In this document: positions 21,110 to 34,641 of the stretch, one piece after another
How the letters are laid out: each line of letters begins with the position of its first letter
How positions within the stretch are numbered: the stretch's first letter is position 1
From: Euglena gracilis
Taxonomy: Eukaryota
Length of the DNA stretch: 64,000 nt
Direction: 5' to 3'
NCBI GenBank assembly: GCA_039621445.1
Contig: CP154954.1
Location: forward strand, 19,392,642-19,456,641
Notes under the pieces: model-generated
Told to the model about the DNA's origin: nothing
Seen by the model: the letters and a program-made list of their open reading frames with translations, nothing else
The model's database searches: none
Position numbers and translations under genes: made by a program

Positions 21110-24100
21110 GAAAGGATCATGGTTCAAGATTTCATGGGTGGGCTGCCCGAAAAAAAAATTGGTGGTAAATTTTGGCTTGACCCCCCCAGTTTTTTTTTTC
21201 AGAATTATGGTTGTAAGTTTTTGCTGCCCCCCCCCCCCGGGTTTTTTTTAGAATTATGGTTGGAAAATTTGGCCCCCCCCCTGGTTTTTTTTAGAATTTA
21301 TTTTAGAATTACGGTTAGAAATTTTTGGCAACCCCCCCAACCAACCCGGGTTTTTTTTACCCACTCTGGTTTTTTTTTGTTTAGAATTATGGTTGGAAAT
21401 TTTGGCTGCCCCCTGGGGTTTTTTTTTCCAGAATTTCGGTTGGAAATTTTGGCTGCCACCCCCCCTTTTTTTTACCCACCCTGGGTTTTTTTCAGAATCA
21501 CGGTTGTAAGTTTTGGCTGCCACCCCCCCCCATTTTTTTGGAATTTGGGTTAGAAATTTTGGCTGCCCCCCCCCCCCCGGGTTTTTTTTTACAGTTGGAA
21601 ATTTTGGCTGGAAATTTTGGCTGCCCCCCGGGTTTTTTTTTTACGGTTGGAAATTTTGGCTGCAATTTTTGCCTGGGACGTCGGTTCAGGCGGTTTTTTT
21701 CCCCTTAATTACGGCTGGGAATTTGGCTGCCAGCCCCCCCCCCGCGTTTTTTTCCAGAATCACGGTTGGAAATTTTGGCTGCCCCCCCCCCCCCCCCGGT
21801 TTTTTTACCCACCCTGGGTTTTTTTTAGAATTATGGTTGGAATTTTTGGCAGCCCCCCCCGGGTTTTTTTTCAGAATTACGGTTCGAAATTTTTGGCTAA
21901 CCCCCCCCCGGTTTTTTTCACCCACCCTGGGTTTTTTTTTAGAATAATGGTTGGAAATATTGGCTGCCCCCCCCCTGGGTTTTTTCAGAATCACGGTTGT
22001 AGGTTGAATTAAATCACGGTTGGAAGTTTTGGCTGCCCCCCCTGCTTTTTTTAGAATTACGGTTGGAAATTTTGGCTGCCCCCCCCCCCGGTTTTGTTTT
22101 AGAATTACGGTTGGAAATCCCCCCCTGCTGTTTTTAGAATTACGGTTGGAAATTTTGGTTGCCCCCACCCCGGTTTTTTTACGCACCCTGGGTTTTTTTC
22201 CCCCGGAATTACGGTAGGAAATTTTGGCTGCCCCCCCCCTTTTTTTAACCCACCCTGGGTTTGTTTCAGAATTACGTTTGGAAATTTTGGCTCCCACCCC
22301 CCCCCCCCGATTTTCTTTCAGCCACCCTGGGTTTTTTTAAGAATTATGGTTGGAAATTTTGGCTGCCCCCGTATTTTTTGCCCCTGGGTTTTTTTTAGAA
22401 TTACGGTCAAAAACTTTGGCTGCCCCACCCACGGGTTTTTTTTAGAATTATGGTTGGAAATTTTGGCTGCCCCCCCCCCCGTTTTTTGTGTCAAGAACTG
22501 TGTTTGGGCCAAGAGTTAGGGGGAGCCCAGGGGCGGGGACCGCGGCGCCGAAGGCGCCGTGGTCGCCCCTGGGCCCCCCTAAAACCTTGGCCCAAAACAC
22601 TGTTCTTGTTTGAAACCGTGTTTTGGGCAAAGATATAAGACTTTTAAAGTCTCGAAATCGGCCCAAACACGGTTTCTAGGAATTTTTTGCTGCCCCCCCC
22701 CCCGTTTTGTTTAACCCACCCTGGGTTTTTTTAGAATTATGGTTGGAAATTTTGGCTGCCCCCCGGGTTTTTTTTTTACGGTTGGAAATTTTGGCTGCAA
22801 TTTTTGCCTGGGACGTCGGTTCGGGCGGTTTTTTCCCCCTTAATTACGGCTGGGAATTTTGGCTGCCAGCCCCCCCCCCGCGTTTTTTTCCAGAATCACG
22901 GTTTTATATTTTGGCTGCCACCCCCCCCCCCCGGTTTTTTTACCCACCCTGGTTTTTTTTTTTAGAATTACGGTTGGAATTTTTGGCTCCCCCCCCCCCC
23001 CCGGGTTTTTTTTTTCAGAATTACGGTTTGAAATTTTTGGCTGACCCCCCCCCCGGTTTTTTGACCCACCCTGGGTTTTTTTTTAGAATAATGGTTGGAA
23101 ATATTGGCTGCCCCCCCCCGGGTTTTTTTTACACCCTGGATTTTTTTAAGAATTATGGCTGGAAATTTTGGCTGCCCCCGGATTTTTTGCCCCCTGGGTT
23201 TTTTTTAGAATTACGGTCAAAAACTTTGGCTGCCCCACCCACGGGTTTTTTTTAGAATTATGGTTGGAAATTTTGGCTGCCCCCCCTTTTTTTAGGAATT
23301 TTTTGCTGCCCCCCCCCCGTTTTGTTTAACCCACCCTGGGTTTTTTTAGAATTATGGTTGGAATTTTTGGCTGCCCCCCCTTGTTTTTTTTTTCAGTTTT
23401 AAAGTTGCAAATTTTGGCTACCCCACCCCCGGTTTTTTTACGCACCCTGGGTTTTTTTTCGGAATTACGGTTGGAAATTTTGGCTGCCACACCCCCTGGG
23501 TTTTTTAAAATTTATATCGAGAACTGTGTCCCAGACACCGGTTCGGGCGTGAAACCTGTGCCTGGGACGTCGGTTCGGGCGGTTTTTTTTCCCTTTATCT
23601 GCCACCCCCCCCCCGTTTTTTTCCAGAATCACGGTTGGAAATTTTGGCTGCCACCCCCCCGGTTTTTTTTTTAGAAGTGCGGTTGGAAATTTTGGCTGCC
23701 CCCCCCCGGTTTTTTTTACCCACCCTGGGTTTTTTTCTAGAATTATGGTTGGAAATTTTTGGCTGCCCCCCCCCGGTTTTGTTTTAGAATTACGGTTGGA
23801 ATTTTTGGCTGCCCCCCCCCTGGGTTTTTTTTTGAGTTACTGTTGGAAATTTTGGCTGCCATGCCCCCCCCCCGGTTTTTTTCTCCCCCCCTGGGTTTTT
23901 TTTAGAATGATGGTTGGAAATTTTGGTTTTTTCCGGAATTACGGTCGGAAATTTTGGCTGCCACCCCCCCCCCCTTTTTTAACCCTCCCTGGGTTTCTTT
24001 CAGAATTACGTTTGGAAATTTTGGCTGCCTCCCCCCCCCCCCGGGTTTTTTTGGCCACCCTGGGTTTTTTCAGAATTACGGTTGGAAATTTTGGCTGCCT

Positions 24101-24375
24101 CCCGTTTTTTTTTCCTTCGAGTTATGGTTGGAAATCTCAGCTGCCCCCCCCCCCCCCCTGGGTTTTTTTTCCCAACCCTGGGTTTTTTTTTTCGGAATTG
24201 CGGTTGGACATTTTTGCTGCCCCCCCCCCGTTTTTTTCCAGAATCACGGTTGGAAATTTTGGCTGCCCCCCCCGTTTTTTTCCAGAATCACGGTTGGAAA
24301 TTTTGGCTGCCACCCCCTCCCCGGTTTTTTTTAGGATTACGGTTGGAAATTTGGGCTGCCCCCCCCCGGTTTTTT
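21110..24375. repeat. Degenerate minisatellite, core ttagaattacggttggaaattttggctg(c)n(t)n
   Basis: Dozens of tandem copies with variable C and T homopolymers. Interrupted by a small palindromic insert at about 22490-22680. Confidence 0.9.
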
Positions 24376-27300
24376 TATACAAAAATCGACCGACACTAAC
24401 AGATTCAGCAGGGGCGCCGGGCGCGAGCGAGCGAAGCGAGCCGCCCGGCGCCCCTGCTGAATCTGTTAGTGTCGGTCGATTTTTCTAAAACCTATTTTGT
24501 CTGGGCCCGACGCCTGTCTTGATATTCATTCGACCGAACCGCCTGGACGGAAATATGGTCAAAAAAGGGGTTTTTAGCCCATTAACGGGCGCCTGAATGG
24601 AAATCGACTGACATAAACGGCGCCTGAATGGAAATCGACTTACATAAACGGGCGCCTGAATGGAAATCGACTGACATAAACGGGCGCCTGAATGGAAATC
24701 GACTGACATAAACAGGCGCCTGAATGGAAATCGACTGACATAAACGGATTCCGATGTCTTGGAAATCGACCGACCTTTTGTTTCCTTTTTTGAATGCCTT
24801 TTTGTTCCGTTTTTGGACATTGTAAGTTTCAGCCTGAAATACGTTAATGTCCACCAACCTTTTGTCTCTCTTTTTTCGGAATGCTTTTTCTTCCATTTTG
24901 AAAGAAACAATCTCTATATCAAGAACTGTGTCTCAAACGCAGACTCTGACCTGAGTCTGCGTTTCGAAACACAGAAACAGATTCAGCTCAGCGTTTCGGA
25001 ACACAGACTCAGGTCAGAGTCTGCGTTTTTTTAGAAACAGAGATTTCGACCAAAGCCATGTTGCTGGGAACACAGCCTTGCAATAGAATAGAATTGCAAT
25101 ACAGAGCCCAGAAAATAGGTTTAACATTGCCAAATCACTCCTCACCCGAAAGCTTTTCTTTCAGATGACCAGTGATGACAACTGGTTCAGGGCAAATTTA
25201 CCGAATGCTTTTTCTGAAGTTCCAGAAAATGATAATCTTCAGTTCCGGCCTTCCATCTGTTCCATCCAAAGTTCAGCCAGCTGTGATCACCTGACCACAA
25301 AATTTGGTTTTTGTCTGGTCCACAACGCCTCCACAACCCCATAGGACCAAAAATGTCGAAAAAAACGTAAATCCAAAATTTCCAAAACGTCACCAAAAAT
25401 TCCCAATCTGACCAGCAACAGATTTCAATGGAATGGAAGTCGACCGACATAAACGGGCGCCTGAATGGAAATCGACCGACATAAACGGGCGCCTGAATGG
25501 AAATCGACCGACATAAACAGGCGCCTGAATGGAAATCGACTGACATAAACGGGCGCCTGAATGGAAATCGACTGACATAAACAATTTCAGCCTGAAATCC
25601 GTTAATGTCAGTAGAATTTCAAGACAGGCGTCGGGCCCAGAAAATAGGTTTTTATACAAAAATCGACCGACACTAACAGATTCAGTAGGGGCGCCGGGCG
25701 CGAGCGAGCGAAGCGAGCTGCCCGGCGCCCGTGCTGAATCTGTTAGTGTCGGTCGATTTTTCTAAAACCTATTTTGTCTGGGCCCGACGCCTGTCTTGAT
25801 ATTCATTCGACCGAACCGCCTGGACGGAAATATGGTCAAAAAAGGGGTTTTTAGCCCATTAACGGGCGCCTGAATGGAAATCGACTGACATAAACGGCGC
25901 CTGAATGGAAATCGACTTACATAAACGGGCGCCTGAATGGAAATCGACTGACATAAACGGGCGCCTGAATGGAAATCGACTGACATAAACAGGCGCCTGA
26001 ATGGAAATCGACTGACATAAACGGATTCCGATGTCTTGGAAATCGACCGACCTTTTGTTTCCTTTTTTGAATGCCTTTTTGTTCCGTTTTTGGACATTGT
26101 AAGTTTCAGCCTGAAATACGTTAATGTCCACCAACTTTTTGTCTCTCTTTTTTCGGAATGCTTTTTCTTCCATTTTGAAAGAAACAATCTCTATATCAAG
26201 AACCGTGTCTCAAACGCAGACTCTGACCTGAGTCTGCGTTTCGAAACACAGAAACAGATTCAGCTCAGCGTTTCGGAACACAGACTCAGGTCAGAGTCTG
26301 CGTTTTTTTAGAAACACAGATTTCGACCAAAGCCATGTTGCTGGGAACACAGCCTTGCAATAGAATAGAATTGCAATACAGAGCCCAGAAAATAGGTTTA
26401 ACATTGCCAAATCACTCCTCACCCGAAAGCTTTTCTTTCAGATGCCAGTGATGACAACTGGTTCAGGGCAAATTTGCCGAATGCTTTTTCTGAAGTTCCA
26501 GAAAATGATAATCTTCAGTTCCGGCCTTCCGTCTGTTCCATCCAAAGTTCAGCCAGCTGTGATCACCTGACCACAAAATTTGGTTTTTGTCTGGTCCACA
26601 ACGCCTCCACAACCCCATAGGACCAAAAATGTCGAAAAAAACGTAAATCCAAAATTTCCAAAACGTCACCCAAAATTCCCAATCTGACCAGCAACAGATT
26701 TCAATGGAATGGAAATCGACCGACATAAACGGGCGCCTGAATGGAAATCGACCGACATAAACGGGCGCCTGAATGGAAATCGACCGACATAAACAGGCGC
26801 CTGAATGGAAATCGACTGACATAAACGGGCGCCTGAATGGAAATCGACTGACATAAACAATTTCAGCCTGAAATCCGTTAATGTCAGTAGAATTTCAAGA
26901 CAGGCGTCGGGCCCAGAAAATAGGTTTTTATACAAAAATCGACCGACACTAACAGATTCAGCAGGGGCGCTGGGCGCGAGCGAGCGAAGCGAGCCGCCCG
27001 GCGCCCCTGCTGAATCTGTTAGTGTCGGTCGATTTTTCTAAAACCTATTTTGTCTGGGCCCGACGCCTGTCTTGATATTCATTCGACCGAACCGCCTGGA
27101 CGGAAATATGGTCAAAAAAGGGGTTTTTAGCCCATTAACGGGCGCCTGAATGGAAATCGACTGACATAAACGGCGCCTGAATGGAAATTGACTTACATAA
27201 ACGGGCGCCTGAATGGAAATCGACTGACATAAACGGGCGCCTGAATGGAAATCGACTGACATAAACTGGCGCCTGAATGGAAATCGACTGACATAAACGG

Positions 27301-27617
27301 ATTCCGATGTCTTGGAAATCGACCGACCTTTTGTTTCCTTTTTTGAATGCCTTTTTGTTCCGTTTTTGGACATTGTAAGTTTCAGCCTGAAATACGTTAA
27401 TGTCCACCAACCTTTTGTCTCTCTTTTTTCGGAATGCTTTTTCTTCCATTTTGAAAGAAACAATCTCTATATCAAGAACTGTGTCTCAAACGCAGACTCT
27501 GACCTCAGTCTGCGTTTCGAAACACAGAAACAGATTCAGCTCAGCGTTTCGGAACACAGACTCAGGTCAGAGTCTGCGTTTTTTTAGAAACACAGATTTC
27601 GACCAAAGCCATGTTGC
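24372..27617. repeat. Tandem array, ~2.5 copies of a 1277/1276-bp unit with hairpins and 32-bp internal repeats
   Basis: tatacaaaaatcgaccgacac begins at 24376, 25653 and 26929. Units are nearly identical; the third is truncated after gaccaaagccatgttgc. Confidence 0.95.
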
Positions 27618-27869
27618 AGGAGCAAACGTTTTCACTCGGTTTGGTGGTCATGAACATTTTTATTTTTGCATGCAAAAAATCAGACAAATTTTTTTGCCGA
27701 ATACGTCACGTTGCACTCTTGGTGCTTTACTGAAAGGCGTCAGGCACACCAACGGCCCACGACGGGAAGCACAAAAACCTTTTTTCGCCGGCGAGCAATG
27801 CATGGCCTCAAATGGGCAAAGTGTGGAGCCCAAGGTGACAAGTACGGGGAAGTGATTTTGTAAGGACTT

Positions 27870-30050
27870 CAAACGGGTTAGGTAAGCACCTTGCGCGGGT
27901 TGGGTGAAGACATTTTCTGTGCTAGGCGACTATGCTGCACGAGCTACGTGAGCAGGTTTTAGTGGTTAGGTAAGTCTGGGTGTCGAAAGCACGTCGGGTT
28001 GTGCTTCGCCCTCGGCGTCCCTTCCCCCCCGGTTTGCTTACCTCGAGGGAGTGCGAGTGTTGGGTGACGTGTTACGTGAGCATGTTGGGGCTACGGAAGC
28101 ACGCTTCAAGGTTTTCGTAAGCACGTGGCATGGCTTTGGTAAGTACGTTTCACGGGTAGACAAGCGCGTTGCGTGGGAAGTGAAAGCACGTTTCGTGGGG
28201 TAGGTATGCACGTTTCACGGGCTAGGTATGCAAGTTGCGCGTGTTAGGTGAGCACACTTTGCGGGTTAAGGTACGCACGTTCCACGGGCTAGGTATACTT
28301 GCTTTGCATGCTTCAAGACGTCATCTGGCGAGACCCAAAAGCACAAAAAGGATGTATGCACGTGAAGGCGCCTCTTTGGACTTGGGCGTGGGCACTTCAT
28401 GGACGTTAAGCATGTGACGATGTTTGGAAGGCTACTCGTACTCCCTCGAGTGAAAACGACAAGGGAGGAAGGGACACCGAGGGCGAAGCACAAAGACCTT
28501 GTGAGGCCATGCCTTGCTCGCCGGCGGTGTTGTGCGGTTATTGCGCATTGGGTTAGGACTGACCATTCGGGCTCCGCACTGCGAGATGGGACCATGAGCA
28601 CGTGGTAGGTTTGCACTATGGATGGGTTATGCAAGCACGTAGGCAAGCACGTGTTAGTTTTGCACGTTGAAGTGTTTTTGCAAGCACGTGACCCGGGTTT
28701 GGTGAGCACGTTGCACGGGTTAGGTAAGCACGTTGCATGGGTTAGGTAAGCATGTTACACGGGTTTGGTAAGCACGTTGCACGGGTTAGGTAAGTATGTT
28801 GCATGGGTCAGGTAAGCACGCGTCACAGGGGTGAGGTAAGTACGTGACACGGGTTAGGTAAGCACGTGGCACGGGTTTGGTGAGCACGTTGCACGGATTA
28901 AGATATTCACATTGTACGGGTTTGATAAACACGTTGCACGAGTTGGGTGAGAGCGTTGTAAGGTAAGGTAAGGTAAGGTAAGGTAAGGTAAGGTTGTTAG
29001 GTAAGCACTTTTCACGGATTAAGATATGCACATTGTACGGGTTAGGGGGTTAGGTAAGCACGTTGTACGGGTTCGGTAAGCACATTGCACAGCTTATATA
29101 AGGTTTGTAAGCACATTGCAAAGGTTAGGTAAGCACATTGCTCGGGTCAGGTATGCACATTGCACGGGTTTGATAGATTGCACGTTGCACGGGTACGCAA
29201 GCACGTTGCACAAGTTATGTGAGCACGTTGTTTGGGTAACATCAGCAGGGGTCAGGTGAACACATTGGACATTGCACGGGTTACGTAAACACGTTGCGTA
29301 CGTTGCGTATGTAAAGACGTACGGGATCGGTAAGCATTTTGGAGCGGTCAGATGAACACGTTGCATGGGTTAAGATAGTGAGCACGGGTCATGTGAGCAC
29401 ATTGCACGGGTTGGTAAGCACGTTGCACGGGTTAGTGGGCACGTTGCATGGGTTAGTAAAGCACGTTGCGCGGGTTTGGAAGGGGTTTGATAAGCACGTT
29501 GCACAGGCCAGGTAAAGACGTTTTTGTGGGTTAGAGAACATCGGGTCAGGTGAGCACGTTGCACAGGTTAGAGACGTTTTTTAAGTTAGGTGAATTCGTG
29601 GCACGGGTTGCGTCAGCAAATTTCCGGGGTTAGGTAAGAACTTTGAATGGGTTAGGTAAGCAGGTTGTACGTGATAGGTAAAGGACATTGCACGGGTTAG
29701 GTTAGGACGTTGCACGAGTTAGGTAAGGACGTTGCACGGGTTGGGTATGCACGTCGTACAGGATCGGTAAGCATGTTGTAACGGTTAGCTGAGCACGTTG
29801 CACGTGTTAAGTTAGCGAGTTGCACGGGTTATGTGACGACGTTGCGCAGGTTAGGTAAGCACGTTGCACGGGTCAGGTGGGCACGTTGTATGCGTTGGGT
29901 AAGCACGTTGCATGGTTTCGGTAAGCACGTCGCACGGGTTTGGAAGCACGTTGCACAAGTTTGGTAAGCACGTTGCATGGGTTAGGTAAAGAAGTTGCAC
30001 GGGTTTGGTAAACATGGGTTAGGTGAGTGCTTTACACGGGTTAGGTGAGC
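27870..30050. repeat. Degenerate ~22-bp minisatellite (gcacgggttaggtaagcacgtt)
   Basis: Clear tandem copies at 28680-30050 and more decayed copies upstream; includes (aggta)n at about 28960-28992. Confidence 0.85.
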
Positions 30051-30509
30051 ACTTTTTGCTTTTCTTTTTGGTGAGCACATTTTGGGCACCGCTGCCCGTG
30101 CGTCAGCACGGGCCGGGCACCGCTTGTGGGAACTAGCTGAAAAAAAGCCCCGCGATCCGGGCAAGTCCTGATTCAGGGTGTTTTCTGCACAACTTCACAT
30201 TTTCATTGCAGGCCAAAAAATGTCAGACCTTCAGTACAAAGTCATTTGACCTGGGCAAAGGCGTTGTTGGAGATGATGATATGGTGCTGAGTACACTTGT
30301 GCTGTGCACAGGTGGCTTGAGGTGCAATGAACTTGGAAAATTGGAAGGAGTTTACTGGAGACTAATCTGGACAAAGTGCTACATTATGTTGGGAATGATT
30401 CCTGTTGCTGTGCCTAAAAAGTCGAAGGTTTTTGCCTTTCCATTTTTTTTGTAATGTCATTGTATTCTGGTTTACTTTTCAATGGTTCGATTCACTTCTT
30501 GTGGACATT

Positions 30510-30795
30510 TTTGGGCCAGATGTGCTGGCCAGTTTTGTGCCAAATGTGTTCGTCAGTTTTGGGCCACAGGTCATGGCCAGTTTTGGGCCAGGTGTGCTGG
30601 CCAGTTTTGGGCCAGATTTGATGCCCAGTTTTGGGCCAGATGTGGTGGCCAGTTTTGGGCCAAAGGTCGTGGCCAGTTTTGGGCCACAGGCTGTGGCCAG
30701 TTTTGGGCGACAGGTCATGGCCAGATTTTGGTGGCCAGTTTTGGGCCAGATGTGGTGGCCAGTTTTTGGCCAAAGGTCGTGGGCAATTTTGGGCC
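30510..30795. repeat. 24-bp minisatellite (ttttgggccagatgtggtggccag)
   Basis: About 11 tandem copies; related units at 50450-50510 and 50850-50935. Confidence 0.85.
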
Positions 30796-31052
30796 ACTTC
30801 TCTCAGGAAGGAGTTGTTTGGGTGCGGTTCATTGGAAAGGGGGGGCACAAAAGCGTTTTGTTTGCGTTTTTTTTTGGCAAATTATTTGTGTTGTTTGGGG
30901 GGCTTTTCTGTGCTACTTGGTTGTTTTTTTCTCTGCCCCCCCTCCGTCTTCCGGCGGAGTCATTTAGTACGGCCGTAAAACTCGGGGCTCAAATTTGTCT
31001 CCACCCAGAAAATGGTGAAAATCCTGTGGTGGGTGGGTGGGTGGGCCTGGGC

Positions 31053-31553
31053 CAGGGAATTTCTTAAGGACCCCCGGGGGGGGGGGTCCAGCCTCCGGCT
31101 GGCAAAAAGGCTGCTGGCTGGATTTGAGCTGCTGGCTGGACCCCCCCCTCCGGGGGGGTGGGGGTGGGGTCCGGGGCTGGAGCGGGCTGGGCTGGGCTGG
31201 GTTGAGGAAAAACAAAAATTTCCAACACATTTTGGCCATTTTCGACATTTTGATGGGTGGAGCTAGATCAAGGTTGGGGGGCTGTGATGGAGGGGCTGTG
31301 ATGAGGGGGGAAAATGCAGGGATAAGTGAGCTGGACAGCCCAGTTGGCTGGCCGGCCTGTGGCCGGCTGGGCCGGCCTTCGGCCGGCTGGCCCGGCCTCC
31401 GGCCGGGCTGGACCGACTTTATTTCACTCGACCCCGGGGGGGGGGGGGGCTCCCAGCCCTAATTTGGGCTGCTGGCTGGATTTGAGCTGCTGGCTGGCTG
31501 GACCCCCCCCCCCCCCCGGGGGTAGGGTACCCTCCGGCTTAAGAAATTCCCTG
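31053..31553. mobile_element. hAT-like MITE
   Basis: 16-bp TIRs cagggaatttcttaag / cttaagaaattccctg. 8-bp TSD gcctgggc / gcccgggc (7 of 8 match). Confidence 0.8.
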
Positions 31554-32421
31554 GCCCGGGCCGACCAACCCCCCACCTCCTGGTTCCTTCCCGTGCAATC
31601 AAATGGGGCTGCCGTGAAATACTGTTAAAAAAAATGTTTTTTCCCTGAATTTTTTTTCTTGCGCAGCAATTCTGTTCCTCAGTTCCTACCGTTGACTCGT
31701 CAGCGTAGGTGTTGTGATTCAACTTGGCGAACTCAGCCGTCGAGCGTACTTTAAAAAACGACTAGGTTGCGCCGCGGGGACTTTGCCATACTGAAATTTT
31801 GGCGCTCTACGAGAGGCACTTAAAAAGGAGGGGGCGCCCCAGCCGCGGCCAGCCACAGCTAGCCGTGGCTGGTGGCTGGGAGAAAAGAGGAGGAGGAGGT
31901 CTGGCTGGTGGCTGGTGAAAAAAAGAGCAGGAGGAGGTCTGGCTGGTCTCTGGCTGGCCGTGGGGACCCCAGCTCCCCAGGCCGCCTTCCCAGGTTCCGA
32001 ATGCCAACATGGTGAAAGTCCACCCTCCTGCTTTGCACGGGCCGTTACTTGGGAGATCAGGCAGTGGACTTTGGTCGTTTTGACCCCCTCCCCCCCTATG
32101 GTTAGGTTCACCGTTTGAAAGTTCACCGTGGGGTCCCGGACCCCCTGCCCCCCCCCCTCTGCCTAACCCATCGGTGAACTTCACCGGTGAAGTTCACCAA
32201 GAGAGCACTTTTTTTTGGCCAAAAATGGCCAAAAAATGGCATTTCAGGCAAGTTTTCGGAAATTTCGATAAAATTCCATGAAGCATCAACCTCAAAATGA
32301 CCATTTTGAGAGGAAAGGAGCAAAATTTTACCCGTGAAATTTTCACCCCCAACCATCAAAACGGTGAAGTTCACCGGTGAACTTCACCGGTGAACTTCAC
32401 CGCCGAAAGTACCCCCCTGGG

Positions 32422-32810
32422 CCCGAAATGGTGGCTGGGCTTGCAAATATCCCCGACTTCACCTGATGCACTTTGTGAAGGCTGTCAAAGTGCGGTGGAT
32501 CCGTTCGGGGATCACTGGATGTGCTGCATCCGGAACAACTGCTCTCTGCGCCACAACGCCGCACAGGACGCTCTTTTCACACTTTTGTCCAACACCGGCC
32601 AAGGGGTACAGAGGGAGGTCCCAGTTCCAAATCAACCCGATGGCAGCCTACGCCCTCCTGACCTGTTGTTGGCCAGTTGGCAAGATGGTCAACCAACAGC
32701 AGTCGACATTACAATTTGCCATTGCTGGCAAGCTTCAGAAAGAAAAGCATCGAGAGAGCTTTGGCGCATATTCCTGAAGAGAAAAGAGACCAGCAAGCGC
32801 CTCAAGGAGG
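32422..32810 (+). pseudogene. Fragment of CRE-like non-LTR element (CCHC + RLE endonuclease)
   Basis: KWWLGL...CEGC...GDHWMCC...RHNAAQD...RPPDLLL...AVDITICH is colinear with the C-terminus of the element at 35182-36249. Confidence 0.85.
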
Positions 32811-33104
32811 TTAGGCAGGGGTGGGGGGCAGTAGTCAACTGGTTTGATTATGCAGTGGTTCGCGAAGTTGGGAGGGGATGCCATCCAACCGTGACCGAAA
32901 CCACTGCGCGGGGGGGGGGACGCGGGGGGGGGGGGGGGGGGGGGGCGGGGGAATTGCCCAACTGGCCCCACTCGTTTTCTTTGGCGTCAACAAAATTTGT
33001 GTGTACTTTTCCTTTAGTCGACCAAAAAAATGTACCCGGCCAAAATCCGGGACGCAGGGGGGACGCGGGGGGGGGGGGGCAGGGGGATGCGGGGGGAACA
33101 CCCC

Positions 33105-33450
33105 CAACAAACGGGCTTGATCCCTGGGGGGCAGTTTGGCGAGCAAATTGTCAATTGAAGATTTGGTGAGTTCCTGTTGCCACCAGTGTTGTGAGCATTC
33201 ATCTGGAGTCACTACAGAGAATTGTAGCGGGTTGGTATGGAAGCAGTGTACCTCCCCCCCAGTTTCGGCCTCCCGGGGGGGAGGTGCATAATGGGGGGGG
33301 TAACCTCTCACCAAGTCACCGAAGATCTCTTTGTACAGCAACCTCAGTATAGCAACCACTGCCCTGTGTGCGCACAGGGAGTCATGAGCAGGTTCTCCTT
33401 GTGGCGAGGGCCAAAAGAGACGTATGGGTGAAGCTGTGCTACCCACCGTG
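33105..33450 (-). pseudogene. Decayed CRE-like fragment (post-RT linker)
   Basis: SQHWWQQELTKSSIDNLLAKLPPRDQARLL matches KQKWWNHELGKKTMDDLVDQARPRDQNRLL. Confidence 0.75.
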
Positions 33451-34244
33451 TATTACTGCGGAAAACCGCTTGAAAATTTCAAGACCCCATTGAGCCCTGA
33501 GGTGAATGCAAAACACAAAAAATTTCGGTGAATGAGGTGAATGCAAAACACAAAACTCAAACCGGTGGCTCCTGGTCCAAGCCCATGGATTCAGGCGACG
33601 CATCTCCTTCCTTCCGCACCTGGGACCTCTCAGATGCCACAGTATTGTCAGCCCGCCAACCTCTCCGTGCCAGCCCACAAGTGCACTGTACCAGTTTGTG
33701 CTGTAACTTGAATTTTTATTCATTGGCCCGTGGCCTGTCCCTGCGGTCCACATCGGTCCCCACTGGTGGCCACCGGCAGCTGTGGTCCCCTCCCAGCTTT
33801 TGGGCCATTGGCCTCTCTATCGACATTCATTGGGGGTGCTACCCCCGTGACCCCCCCCGTGACCCCCCCCGTGACCCGCCCGTGACCCGAGAATCGAGCC
33901 TTCAATTTTCATACAATGCATCAACCTTCATCATTTCAGCCTTTCTTTTCATTCATCATTTCAACCTGCTTTTTGATGTAGGTGGCAATTTTGGTCGCTT
34001 TTCATCAATTTTCTGGTTGAAAGCATTGAAAATTTGCCTTGGCATGGTCCATAAAAAAAGCAGCGTGAATTTGACCCATGGGGGTGTTGGGGACGCGGGG
34101 GGACGCGGGGGGACGCGGGGGGGGGGGGGGCGCGGGAGGCACCACCATTCTAGGGACCATGATCGAAGCTGACGGTTTTCTGTTCTTTTCACCGATTTCA
34201 GGATGCGTTCTGCCCTTCTCGTGATGTGATGCAACATCATTGTT

Positions 34245-34641
34245 TGTTTAAAACGAAGTCAAAAAAAACACGTTTTTTTTTAAAAAAAACATGTTTTTTT
34301 TTAAACAAAAACAAAAAAAACGCCATTGAGGGTCCAGGGCGAAAATTTTTTTTGCCTTTAACTTTAGCTTTTTTTTGCCCATCCTCAGGCAGAGAAAGAC
34401 ACCAAATTTGGGATGTTTCAAGTTGAAACATCCCAAAATGGCAGAAAAATGCCCTATTTTAACCATTCTTGTTGAAGACCTCCAAAAGTATTGGTTTTCA
34501 AGTCATTTGAGCTAAGATTGGTTCACCCTTGCGATCAAAGGCAAAATTTGGACCATCATTTTCCCCTTTGTTTTTTTTCCGTTTTTTTGCCTGCTTTTTT
34601 TAATAAAAAAAAAACGTTTTTTTAAAAAAAAGCCAGCTATG
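34245..34641. mobile_element. Left-truncated copy of the catagctggc hAT-like MITE
   Basis: Near-identical to 36425-36735; right TIR gccagctatg at 34632-34641. Confidence 0.75.

Noticed and set aside
20804-24488. Many 100-250 aa Phe/Pro- or Lys/Gly-rich ORFs
   Set aside because: They are translations of the minisatellite; the same applies to ORFs at 30405-31067 and 41905-42782.
24587-24748. 32-bp repeats resembling a CRISPR array
   Set aside because: The repeats are directly adjacent with no unique spacers, there are no cas genes, and the context is eukaryotic.
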